From: Flavipsychrobacter sp.
GTDB lineage: Bacteria > Bacteroidota > Bacteroidia > Chitinophagales > Chitinophagaceae
Assembly: GCA_044227125.1 (NCBI GenBank)
Contig: JBGAFS010000008.1
Coordinates: 13,694-77,693 of the forward strand
Direction of reading: 5' to 3'
Length of the DNA stretch: 64,000 nucleotides
Under the pieces are notes generated by a model. The model did no database searches and had not been told where the DNA came from. It saw only the letters and a list, made by a program, of their open reading frames with translations. Position 1 is the first letter of the stretch. Each line of letters opens with the position of its first letter. A program made the translations under genes and the position numbers. This document shows positions 8,096-16,296 of the stretch, in pieces.

Positions 8096-8665
8096 ACAGA
8101 AAAGAGATGAGAAACAGTAAAACATGCAAACCCCAACATAACAGGATATTTGACGGCAAGCTGCTGACATTTGTTATGCGCCACAGGCCGCACAGGGGTG
8201 CCATCATGGAAATGGAAATAAAGGTAGAAGGCCGCAACCTGGTGTATTCTTACAAGAAACTAAGACAACAACACTAAGATGCTGATAGCACTGATAACAG
8301 GCATGATACTGAAAGTGCTTTCTGTAAGGAAGAAGAAACTACAGGGGGGGGATACATTAGTACCTACATCTGAAACAACTTTATAACTGCTACAAGTGCT
8401 GTTCCTGCAAGCGCGAGCAGGGCGCAAATTATGGCCACTACGGCAATTGGGTCTGTATTATATACAGACTTTATTCTTTTCAACATGGGGGCAATTGAAT
8501 AATAGGACAATGATACAAAACCTGTACAGTTATTATAATAATATTAATTCAACACAATGTGGATAAATGCAATTAAAGATGATATTACTCACCTCTGAAC
8601 TGCATGCAAATAACTATCTTTGCCCCGATTTATAGATTTCTTACACATTAAAATACGATTATAAA

Positions 8666-9601
8666 ATGAAAGTAACTGTAGTAGGTGCCGGCGCTGTAGG
8701 AGCTACTTGTGCCGACAATATTGCACGCAGGGGACTGGTAGAAGAACTGGTACTTGTAGACATTAAAGAAGGTTTTGCAGAAGGTAAAGCATTAGACATT
8801 ATGCAAACTTCTTCTTTGCTGGGCTTCGATACACGTGTTATCGGCAGCACTAACGATTACAGCAAAACTGCAAACTCTGATGTATGTGTTATCACTTCAG
8901 GTATTCCGCGTAAGCCGGGTATGACCCGTGAAGAGCTGATAGGCACTAACGCTAAAATTGTAGAAACAGTAGCTAAAAACCTGCTGGAGTTTTCTCCTAA
9001 TACCATCATCGTTGTTATCAGCAACCCGATGGATACAATGACTTACCTGGCACTGAAAGCTACAGGACTTCCTAAAAACCGCATCATTGGTATGGGTGGT
9101 ATACTGGACAGCTCCCGCTTCAAAACATACCTGCAAATGTCTCTGAACTGCTCGCAGAATGACCTGCATGCAGTTGTAATAGGCGGCCACGGCGATACTA
9201 CAATGATACCGCTGACACGCCTTGCTACACTGAACGGTACGCCTGTAAGCAATTTCCTGAATGCAGACCAACTGAAACAAATAGCTGCAGATACAATGGT
9301 AGGTGGTGCTACACTTACTAAACTGCTGGGCACAAGTGCATGGTATGCACCGGGTGCTGCAGGTGCTGCACTGGTAGAAAGCATTATCCGCAACCAGAAG
9401 AAAGTATTTCCTTGCTGCGTAATGCTGGATGGCGAATACGGACAAAAAGATATATGCCTGGGTGTGCCTGTAGTAATAGGCAGCAAAGGCTGGGAAAAAA
9501 TAGTAGACTACAAACTGAATGCTGAAGAACAGGAGGCATTCAACAAGAGTGCTGAGGCAGTTCGCAGCATGAACAGTGTACTGGATACACTGGTAGCATA
9601 A
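8666..9601 (+). CDS. mdh: malate dehydrogenase (LDH-like MDH)
   Basis: 311 aa. MKVTVVGAGAVGATCA Rossmann motif, GIPRKPGMTREEL, catalytic-loop region VIGGHGDTMIPL; typical of Bacteroidota Mdh. Confidence 0.9.
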   Translation: MKVTVVGAGAVGATCADNIARRGLVEELVLVDIKEGFAEGKALDIMQTSSLLGFDTRVIGSTNDYSKTANSDVCVITSGIPRKPGMTREELIGTNAKIVETVAKNLLEFSPNTIIVVISNPMDTMTYLALKATGLPKNRIIGMGGILDSSRFKTYLQMSLNCSQNDLHAVVIGGHGDTTMIPLTRLATLNGTPVSNFLNADQLKQIAADTMVGGATLTKLLGTSAWYAPGAAGAALVESIIRNQKKVFPCCVMLDGEYGQKDICLGVPVVIGSKGWEKIVDYKLNAEEQEAFNKSAEAVRSMNSVLDTLVA

Positions 9602-9639
9602 GAGCTTATTGATTGCCCGTTTACATTAATCAATAACAC

Positions 9640-9672
9640 AATGCCCCGCAATTGCGGGGCATTGTTGTTTTT
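9640..9672 (+). terminator. intrinsic terminator after mdh
   Basis: AATGCCCCGC-AATT-GCGGGGCATT followed by GTTGTTTTT. Confidence 0.8.
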
Positions 9673-9732
9673 ACAATCATATTACACAAGACACTGATTC
9701 CTGTATAAGATTTTGCTTACATTTATTTTATC

Positions 9733-10674
9733 ATGGTACGGGTAGTTTTATTACTTACGCTATTTTGCGCTGCATCAGCTTCAGCACAAGTGTATCAGTA
9801 TGTACCGATAGCAACCGACAGTACTGTATGGCAGATAAGGACTGTGCATATAAGCAGCGGTCCTCCTCACACACAGCTAAACTGCCTACAAAGTAACCGG
9901 TTCTTATATACTGATGGCTCTGATACTGTTTTCAATGGCAGTGTCTACAAGAAGGTATACATGAGAATCAGAACCCGTCAAACATTTGTTCCATTTGATA
10001 CATCTTCTACATGCCCGCTTCCTGCTGTTCAAAATTATGTAGCAGACAACCCGGATATTTTCTACACAGGGTTATTAGATTCAAACAGACAGGTTTATTC
10101 TTTCAATAGCCAGCGGCAGATAATGCTCTTCGATTTTAATCTTAAAGTTGGTGAAGGTACTAACACAGAAATGGGCGCTGTAATTGGTATTGACACTATA
10201 CTAGTAGGCAATACTTACAGGAAACGATACTTCACTTCTTTATACGGATATATACCGGATACTATTGTCGAAGGCATTGGCAGCCTGCGCAGAGGACCCT
10301 ACTTTTCAGAATCTCCTGCTAATCCGCAAAAACTGGACTGCTATATGCAAAAAGGGAAGCAAATATATAGTGCTCCCGGATCGGGCTGTACATACATATT
10401 TCCATATGGTACACCGCTAAATACGGAAACAGTACATAAAGAAGTTAAAACAACCGTTATATACCCGAACCCAGTGAACGATGTGCTGAATATAAGCTGC
10501 GCAGGAGATGAAGAAAGAATAATGCTGAGCGATGTAAGCGGGCGAATAATTTACAATGAAGCTGTAAATACAAAACAGGTAGTTATATCAACAGGCGATA
10601 TACCAGGTGGCCTCTATATGCTCATGATAAAATGTAAAGAGCAAACAAGGTATTACAAGGTGGTGAAAGAATAG
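9733..10674 (+). CDS. secreted protein with T9SS type-A C-terminal sorting domain
   Basis: Signal peptide ..ASASAQ. The C-terminal ~75 aa is VIYPNPVNDVLNI....GGLYMLMIKCKEQTRYYKVVKE (Por_Secre_tail pattern). Confidence 0.7.
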   Translation: MVRVVLLLTLFCAASASAQVYQYVPIATDSTVWQIRTVHISSGPPHTQLNCLQSNRFLYTDGSDTVFNGSVYKKVYMRIRTRQTFVPFDTSSTCPLPAVQNYVADNPDIFYTGLLDSNRQVYSFNSQRQIMLFDFNLKVGEGTNTEMGAVIGIDTILVGNTYRKRYFTSLYGYIPDTIVEGIGSLRRGPYFSESPANPQKLDCYMQKGKQIYSAPGSGCTYIFPYGTPLNTETVHKEVKTTVIYPNPVNDVLNISCAGDEERIMLSDVSGRIIYNEAVNTKQVVISTGDIPGGLYMLMIKCKEQTRYYKVVKE

Positions 10675-10920
10675 TTTACTTCACCTTAGTATAAGTGTAT
10701 ACAGTATCCCAACCGTAATCTGTTATTTCTACATCTACTACTTCGGGACGGAAAGGATTAAACTGCCTGATGGCCCTGATTATGTTTGCAAGATGTTTCA
10801 TTGTTTGTATGTTTTTTATTTCAGTACAAAAATGAAACAGTTCTGTAATATGCTTATCACTTATTTAAGGGATTAACATTGGCTTTGTTTTCCATTAACG
10901 AGCTGTTAATGAATATAGTA

Positions 10921-10954
10921 TAAAAACAAAAACCGGCTATAAAAATAGCCGGTT
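10921..10954 (-). terminator. intrinsic terminator oriented for minus-strand transcripts
   Basis: AACCGGCTA-N6-TAGCCGGTT followed on the minus strand by TTTTTGTTTTTA. It lies ~230 nt downstream of the PAS kinase stop. Confidence 0.55.
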
Positions 10955-11184
10955 CATCTTTAACAGGTATAAACATATGCATCAGCATGTGCATAGTAAA
11001 AGTAGCAAAAAAACTTATAACAAAACAAATCCCCGGGAAATAATCTTAAAAACCAATACGATGCATTAAAAATACCCGAATTACCACCCGTATATGGTTG
11101 TATATACAATAATAAGCCCGGGACAGCTGTTTCTGTTGCGGCTATTAAGTACCTGGTTATTTAACCGTACATAATAAATACAGG

Positions 11185-12705
11185 CTATAGTATTACCTTA
11201 AAAACAGACCCTTCATTAACCTTACTATCTACAATAATGCTACCGCCCAGGGATTCTATCTGGGCTTTGGTAATAAATAAACCTACCCCTTTACTATCGT
11301 ACCCGTTGTGGAATACCTGGTTGAGTTTAAATACCCTGTCGCCATATTTTTCAAGGTCTATACCAATACCATTATCCTGCACGGTAAGTACAACCCTGCC
11401 ATCTTCTTCTGCACTGGAAATAATAATATGCGGGGCAATATCCTGCCTGCTGTATTTTATGGCATTGCTCAGCAGGTTGTATATGATACTTTCAAGATAG
11501 GCTTTAGGATATTGTACACGCGGCACCTGCAGGAACAACTGCACATTTACACGCTTCTCAAATATCAATGCGTACAACTGGCTGATAACAGCATTGGCTA
11601 TTTCTTCAATATCACAGTCGTCATAAGGCATAGATTTGTTGAGGCGTATCTGTGTGAGGCCCATGAGCGTATCCAGGCTTTCCAACAATCCTTTGCTGCC
11701 TTCTTTTATCATTTCCAGCGATTCATTGACATCAAAGGCTGACGTACCCTTCAATATTGAATCTGCTAAAAAATTGATACTGGTGGCCGGGCCACGCAGA
11801 TTGTGTGCAATGATGTGATTCAGCTCTTCGAGCTTCTCCAGTTTATTTACGAGGCTCAGTTTGGCTGCTTCCAGTTCGCTGTTGGCAATGCTGAGTTCAT
11901 CAATCAGTTTTTTATTTTCTGTGATGTCTGCTATCTGCGCAATAAAGAATTTCGGGTTGTTTTTAGCATTCCATACCAGCGATACGGTGAGCTGTACATT
12001 TACTATTTTACCCTGTCTGGAAACATATCTTTTTTCTATCTGGTAGGTCTCAATTTCTTTATTCAGCATTTTACGCACCAGCTCTGTGTCTTTGCCGGCA
12101 TCGGCCTGGTAGGTAAAATCGTTGAAGGTCATTTGCAGTAACTCTTCGCGGCTGTAGCCCAGTATACGGCATAGTGCATTATTTACATCCAGCCATTTGC
12201 CCCAGGGGCTCACCAATGCCATACCTACACCGGAATATTTGAATGCGCTGGAAAACATATCTATGCCTTCCATCAAATCACTTTCCAGCTGTATGCGCTC
12301 ATCGAGCTGTGTATGTACCCCGGTTACTTTATGCGGCCTTCCGTCTTCTGTATAAGATGTAACCATGCCATGGCTGTACACCCAATTCAGCCTGCCGTCT
12401 TTGTCTCTTATGCGAAATTGTGATTTATAATCGGGAGACTCGCCCCTGATGCATTTATCAAATTCAATTGCGGATTCTGTAGCATCTTCGTGATGAATAT
12501 AATCAGACCAGCGCTGTACATCTCCATCAAGGCTGCCCTTCTCGTGCCCGAAAAGTTCATACCATTTATCAGAAAAGTTTATTGTGCTGTTTTCTATATC
12601 AAACTCCCAAACGCCATATCCCAGAGCACCCAGCAAATGGTGCGTATTATCATCCCTATGCATAATACCACCTCCTGTTAACGCAACAGTATAAATGTTG
12701 TCCAT
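11185..12705 (-). CDS. PAS-domain sensor histidine kinase (cytoplasmic, orphan)
   Basis: 506 aa with two PAS-like segments, an H-box region NHIIAHNLRGPAT, an N-box LLSNAIKYS and G-boxes DNGIGID / GVGLFI. No adjacent response regulator. Confidence 0.85.
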   Translation of the reverse strand: MDNIYTVALTGGGIMHRDDNTHHLLGALGYGVWEFDIENSTINFSDKWYELFGHEKGSLDGDVQRWSDYIHHEDATESAIEFDKCIRGESPDYKSQFRIRDKDGRLNWVYSHGMVTSYTEDGRPHKVTGVHTQLDERIQLESDLMEGIDMFSSAFKYSGVGMALVSPWGKWLDVNNALCRILGYSREELLQMTFNDFTYQADAGKDTELVRKMLNKEIETYQIEKRYVSRQGKIVNVQLTVSLVWNAKNNPKFFIAQIADITENKKLIDELSIANSELEAAKLSLVNKLEKLEELNHIIAHNLRGPATSINFLADSILKGTSAFDVNESLEMIKEGSKGLLESLDTLMGLTQIRLNKSMPYDDCDIEEIANAVISQLYALIFEKRVNVQLFLQVPRVQYPKAYLESIIYNLLSNAIKYSRQDIAPHIIISSAEEDGRVVLTVQDNGIGIDLEKYGDRVFKLNQVFHNGYDSKGVGLFITKAQIESLGGSIIVDSKVNEGSVFKVIL

Positions 12706-12911
12706 GTGATTGTTCCCCGTAAATGTTTGTTTGTTGTTGTTTCGCTTGTTCTCTCTCTCCTGTTTGTTTGTCCTCTCAGCTATAAAAATATGAAAAAACC
12801 TTTATACAGTGTATTTTTCAATGTTTTAATATATTAATTCTACAAAATATTGAACATAAATAAGCCCTGTAAAACTACAGGGCTCAATATCATTAAAAAC
12901 AGATTAAAGAA

Positions 12912-13874
12912 TTACCATGTCTTATTCCTGGTATCCTCAAAACCTTTTGGTTTAACTATTGTAAATACACGAGAGATATTGAAACCGAAGTGGATCTTTC
13001 CTTTGAAGAAATCGTCAACAGTTTGTCCTACGAAAGCACGTTCTGTAATAGTAGATGCATTGGTAAGCATCAACTGGAACACGTGGCCGCCTGTTTCTAT
13101 ATCTACACCTACAGAGAGTGCATTTTTATAACCACTGAGTTCTGTACCAGGTATACGGTAATAATATTCAGCGTTTACAGACATGCGGTTTGATACTTTA
13201 ACACGGCCACCGATACCCATAGCAAAAGTATTGTTTGACTCTGCTGTGGTAGGTACAAGGTTGTAGTGTATTAATGTTGGCATCAACTGCAGTGAAAGCC
13301 AGTTGTTGAATTTACGTGCTACCAGTAACTGGTTGGCATAGCTCATACGGTTTGTGAACAGCCATTTCTGCCCCGCTGGCAGTGTAGGTGCTGTATTAGA
13401 AGTTACAGATATAGCACCAAAATAGCTCAGTGATATGGGCATAGCTTTACCTGTTTGCTGGCGCAGTATCTTTATCTTAGTATAGCCTTCGTATTCTTTA
13501 TCGTAAGTGCTGCGCATAACGCCCACCATAGCCCAGTCTGTAACACCATAATCAAAACAAAGCGCCGTAGCTGCACCATCAAGACCGAAGAAGCTTTTAA
13601 GGCCACCGTCTACAGAACCGAACCTGTGTGCAATACGAAAGTCGAGGACACCTTTGGCTACATTCTCCACACTATGGCCGTTGACGATACGGGTAGCTTT
13701 AAATGTTGCAGAAGTATATTCTTTAGATGCACTTCCGTTATCATCTTCGAGCATATTTTCCAGGTCGTCGCTGTCTTCCTTATGTGTTTTTTTTGTTGGT
13801 TCCTGAGCATGAACAGTGCTGACACCAGTTGCAGTAATTACTGCGGTGAACAGCAAAGCAGTTATTATACGCAT
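12912..13874 (-). CDS. outer-membrane beta-barrel protein (resembles the DUF5777 family)
   Basis: Signal peptide ..VHAQ, alternating beta-strand pattern, C-terminal ..HFGFNISRVF. The family assignment is from memory of sequence style and was not searched. Confidence 0.5.
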   Translation of the reverse strand: MRIITALLFTAVITATGVSTVHAQEPTKKTHKEDSDDLENMLEDDNGSASKEYTSATFKATRIVNGHSVENVAKGVLDFRIAHRFGSVDGGLKSFFGLDGAATALCFDYGVTDWAMVGVMRSTYDKEYEGYTKIKILRQQTGKAMPISLSYFGAISVTSNTAPTLPAGQKWLFTNRMSYANQLLVARKFNNWLSLQLMPTLIHYNLVPTTAESNNTFAMGIGGRVKVSNRMSVNAEYYYRIPGTELSGYKNALSVGVDIETGGHVFQLMLTNASTITERAFVGQTVDDFFKGKIHFGFNISRVFTIVKPKGFEDTRNKTW

Positions 13875-13912
13875 AGCTGATTGTTTGCGCCTTGTTGGGG
13901 CGGTTTTATTAA

Positions 13913-14458
13913 TTATTTTTTATCCAGAATGTTGTTTACGGTTACTTCTATTTGTTTGGCTATCTTACCTTCTACCAGCTTAGGTATCTCAATATTATAA
14001 TCCTGCGGTATTACGAAGAATTTTGAGTTGATGGTAACGGTATTGCCTTTTACTACAACAGTACCAGGTATCTTCACATCTTTGGTAACACCGTGTATAG
14101 TAAGCTTACCTTCTGATGTAACATTATAGGTACCGTCTTTTGAAAAGTTAACGTTGCTCACATCTGTGATCTTTCCTTTGTACTCTGCTTTAGGGTACTT
14201 ATCACTTTCCATGTAGTTTTCGTTGAAGTGCTCCTGCATGAGCGCCCTGTCGAACTTGAAACTTTTTATAGGCACCTGGAACACAAACGCACCTGAAGTG
14301 GCATCGAGCGCACTTGATGTTTCATTGTTGAAGGCCTCTATCTTTTCGAGGGGTGTAGGTGAATAGAAAGAAACCTTGCCTGTACGTGTCATATACTTCT
14401 GTGCATATACGCCGTTTGCGCCGGCCAGTAATAATGCAGCTATAATCACCTTTTTCAT
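13913..14458 (-). CDS. YceI-family periplasmic (polyisoprenoid-binding-like) protein
   Basis: 181 aa with a signal peptide. ..GKVSFYS...FQVPIKSFKFD..LMQEHFNENYMESDKYP.A.YKG...TIHGVTKDV, typical of the YceI domain. Confidence 0.8.
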   Translation of the reverse strand: MKKVIIAALLLAGANGVYAQKYMTRTGKVSFYSPTPLEKIEAFNNETSSALDATSGAFVFQVPIKSFKFDRALMQEHFNENYMESDKYPKAEYKGKITDVSNVNFSKDGTYNVTSEGKLTIHGVTKDVKIPGTVVVKGNTVTINSKFFVIPQDYNIEIPKLVEGKIAKQIEVTVNNILDKK

Positions 14459-14477
14459 CTTCTTGAGTTTTTACTTG

Positions 14478-14858
14478 TTAATTATTCGGAGCGCCGAGGT
14501 TTACCCAGCGCGTAATTTTGTTGATGGTGCAATCATCGAGCTTGGCCTGGCCATCAGGCATAGAACGATAATTGGAATTGTGTGTAATAGTACCCAGCAA
14601 CGCACCGCTGTTAACTGATGTAGTTATTGAGGAGTTATAACTTGTATAATCGTAACCACCGCTTTTTGTAGCTGCATCATGACAACCGGATGTAGCACAT
14701 TTTTGTGTAAAGATGGGTTGTATTACTGCTGCATAGGTAACACTGGTAGTATCGCATCCTGTGGTAACTTTAGGATAAAGCTGATCTGCTTTATCATTAT
14801 AACAACCTGTTAATGCTGCTATACCTATTACACCCGTTAACACTAATAATTTTTTCAT
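14478..14858 (-). CDS. lipoprotein with a cytochrome-c-domain-like segment (C-x4-CH, not canonical CxxCH)
   Basis: Lipobox LTGC. VIQPIFTQKCATSGCHD ... MP ... I..I..WV..GAPNN resembles PSCyt-type domains, but the haem motif is non-canonical. Confidence 0.4.
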   Translation of the reverse strand: MKKLLVLTGVIGIAALTGCYNDKADQLYPKVTTGCDTTSVTYAAVIQPIFTQKCATSGCHDAATKSGGYDYTSYNSSITTSVNSGALLGTITHNSNYRSMPDGQAKLDDCTINKITRWVNLGAPNN

Positions 14859-15037
14859 AGACCTGCTTATTGTTTTCTTATACTATGAGTTAAAGTTACT
14901 GGTTACCAATGACTATTGTACCAACAACTATGTTATTTATTATTTCGACTGACCTAAATCATCATAATGTATAAATCAAGAAACCTGCCGAAATAAAAAC
15001 GTTACGGCACTGGCATCAATAATTTAACAAAATGGCA

Positions 15038-15448
15038 TTATTGGAGTATACAATCTGTGAGTAAAACGCCAAACATATCGTTGCTGGAATAGAAACCTTT
15101 AACAGTGATCTGTTTGCCCACTTCTGCTTTGGCGGTCTTATCGCGCATGGTACATTGTACCGATGCATCGTCGCCACCACCCTGCAGGGTTAATACTACG
15201 GCTCCGTCCTGGTTGTTCTTTACTTCCTGCACTATGCCGCTCACATCAAGCGCTTTGCCGGCATATTGCTTGTTGGCTGCCTGCTCATCTTTTGCAAAAT
15301 CGGCACAGAGCTGTGTTGCTGTTACAGGCACACCTTTTACATCTTCTACCATTTCGTGGGGCTTGTTCCACATCTTATAGGCTACTACTCCGCCTATTAA
15401 ACCACCAACCACAACCAGCAGCAGGATGTTCCTTATCGTTTTATTCAT
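15038..15448 (-). CDS. membrane-anchored OB-fold protein (tRNA_anti-like family)
   Basis: 136 aa. N-terminal TM, then ..TATQLCADFAKDEQAANKQYAGKALDVSGIV...ITVKGFY; matches the tRNA_anti-like pattern. Confidence 0.55.
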   Translation of the reverse strand: MNKTIRNILLLVVVGGLIGGVVAYKMWNKPHEMVEDVKGVPVTATQLCADFAKDEQAANKQYAGKALDVSGIVQEVKNNQDGAVVLTLQGGGDDASVQCTMRDKTAKAEVGKQITVKGFYSSNDMFGVLLTDCILQ

Positions 15449-15540
15449 ATGATAAATATTGCGTTAAATGTAAGAGATTTTGCACAAGACATATGTAACC
15501 CAGGTGACAATGCAACAATCTTAACAATTGTTAAGTATTT

Positions 15541-16296
15541 CTACCCTTTAAGCTCACCTGCCAACCATAGTTTAAACTCGGCAGAGCGTTCTGAACTAAC
15601 TACCGGGTTCTCTTTTACCGGGGGTTTTAATGATACTATGACACGCGCCTTACTGTATGCTTTCATTTCATCAATAGCTTTAAGATTGATAAGGTACTGC
15701 CTGTTGATACGGAAAAAATCTGCGGGCGGCAGCATATCTTCCAGCGCATCCAGGTTATGGTCCATGGGGTAGGTACGGCCTTCGTATGTCTTGGCAAATG
15801 TTGCTTTATTCTCACTATAGCAATAGGCTATCTCTTCTACCAGCAATGTTTTTATATGCTCGCCAAAACGTATCACAAAGCGTTTCTTATACTCTGCATT
15901 TGCAGAGCGCACGAGCGCCTCTGATGCCTGGCTGAACATGATCTTATATTCTTCCAGTTTCTGAAGTGCCGATTTAAGTGTGTCTTTTTTTATAGGCTTC
16001 ATCAGGTAGTCTATACTGTGTGCCTTAAATGCATCTATGGCATACTGGTCGTAAGCGGTGGTGAATATTACGGGGGCGTCTATCTTCACCAGCTTCAGCA
16101 GATCGAAAGCAGTGCCATCTGCCAATTGGATATCCATGAAAATAATATCGGGAGATGGATTGGCAGCCAGCCAGTCGCTGGCGGCAGCCACACTGTCCAG
16201 GTGGGTGATATGTGTAACTGATGGTATTGTTTCCTCTATCAGTTTATGCAACCTTTTGTATGCCGGTTGTTCGTCTTCAATTATTACTATGTTCAT
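15541..16296 (-). CDS. LytR/AlgR-family response regulator (REC + LytTR DNA-binding domain)
   Basis: MNIVIIEDE...DIIFMDIQL receiver with a C-terminal LytTR region (FFRINRQYLINLKAI). ATGA overlap with the upstream kinase gene. Confidence 0.9.
   Translation of the reverse strand: MNIVIIEDEQPAYKRLHKLIEETIPSVTHITHLDSVAAASDWLAANPSPDIIFMDIQLADGTAFDLLKLVKIDAPVIFTTAYDQYAIDAFKAHSIDYLMKPIKKDTLKSALQKLEEYKIMFSQASEALVRSANAEYKKRFVIRFGEHIKTLLVEEIAYCYSENKATFAKTYEGRTYPMDHNLDALEDMLPPADFFRINRQYLINLKAIDEMKAYSKARVIVSLKPPVKENPVVSSERSAEFKLWLAGELKG

Noticed and set aside
10676-10801. 41-aa minus-strand ORF (MKHLANIIRAIRQFNPFRPEVVDVEITDYGWDTVYTYTKVK) abutting the stop of 9733..10674
   Set aside because: It has an ATG and a clean frame, but no TM helix, motif, translational coupling or other supporting signal. 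The evidence is insufficient to call it a gene.
14478-14858. c-type cytochrome call for the lipoprotein
   Set aside because: The only candidate haem site is C-ATSG-CH (four intervening residues), not CxxCH. The family resemblance is recorded, but a cytochrome is not asserted.
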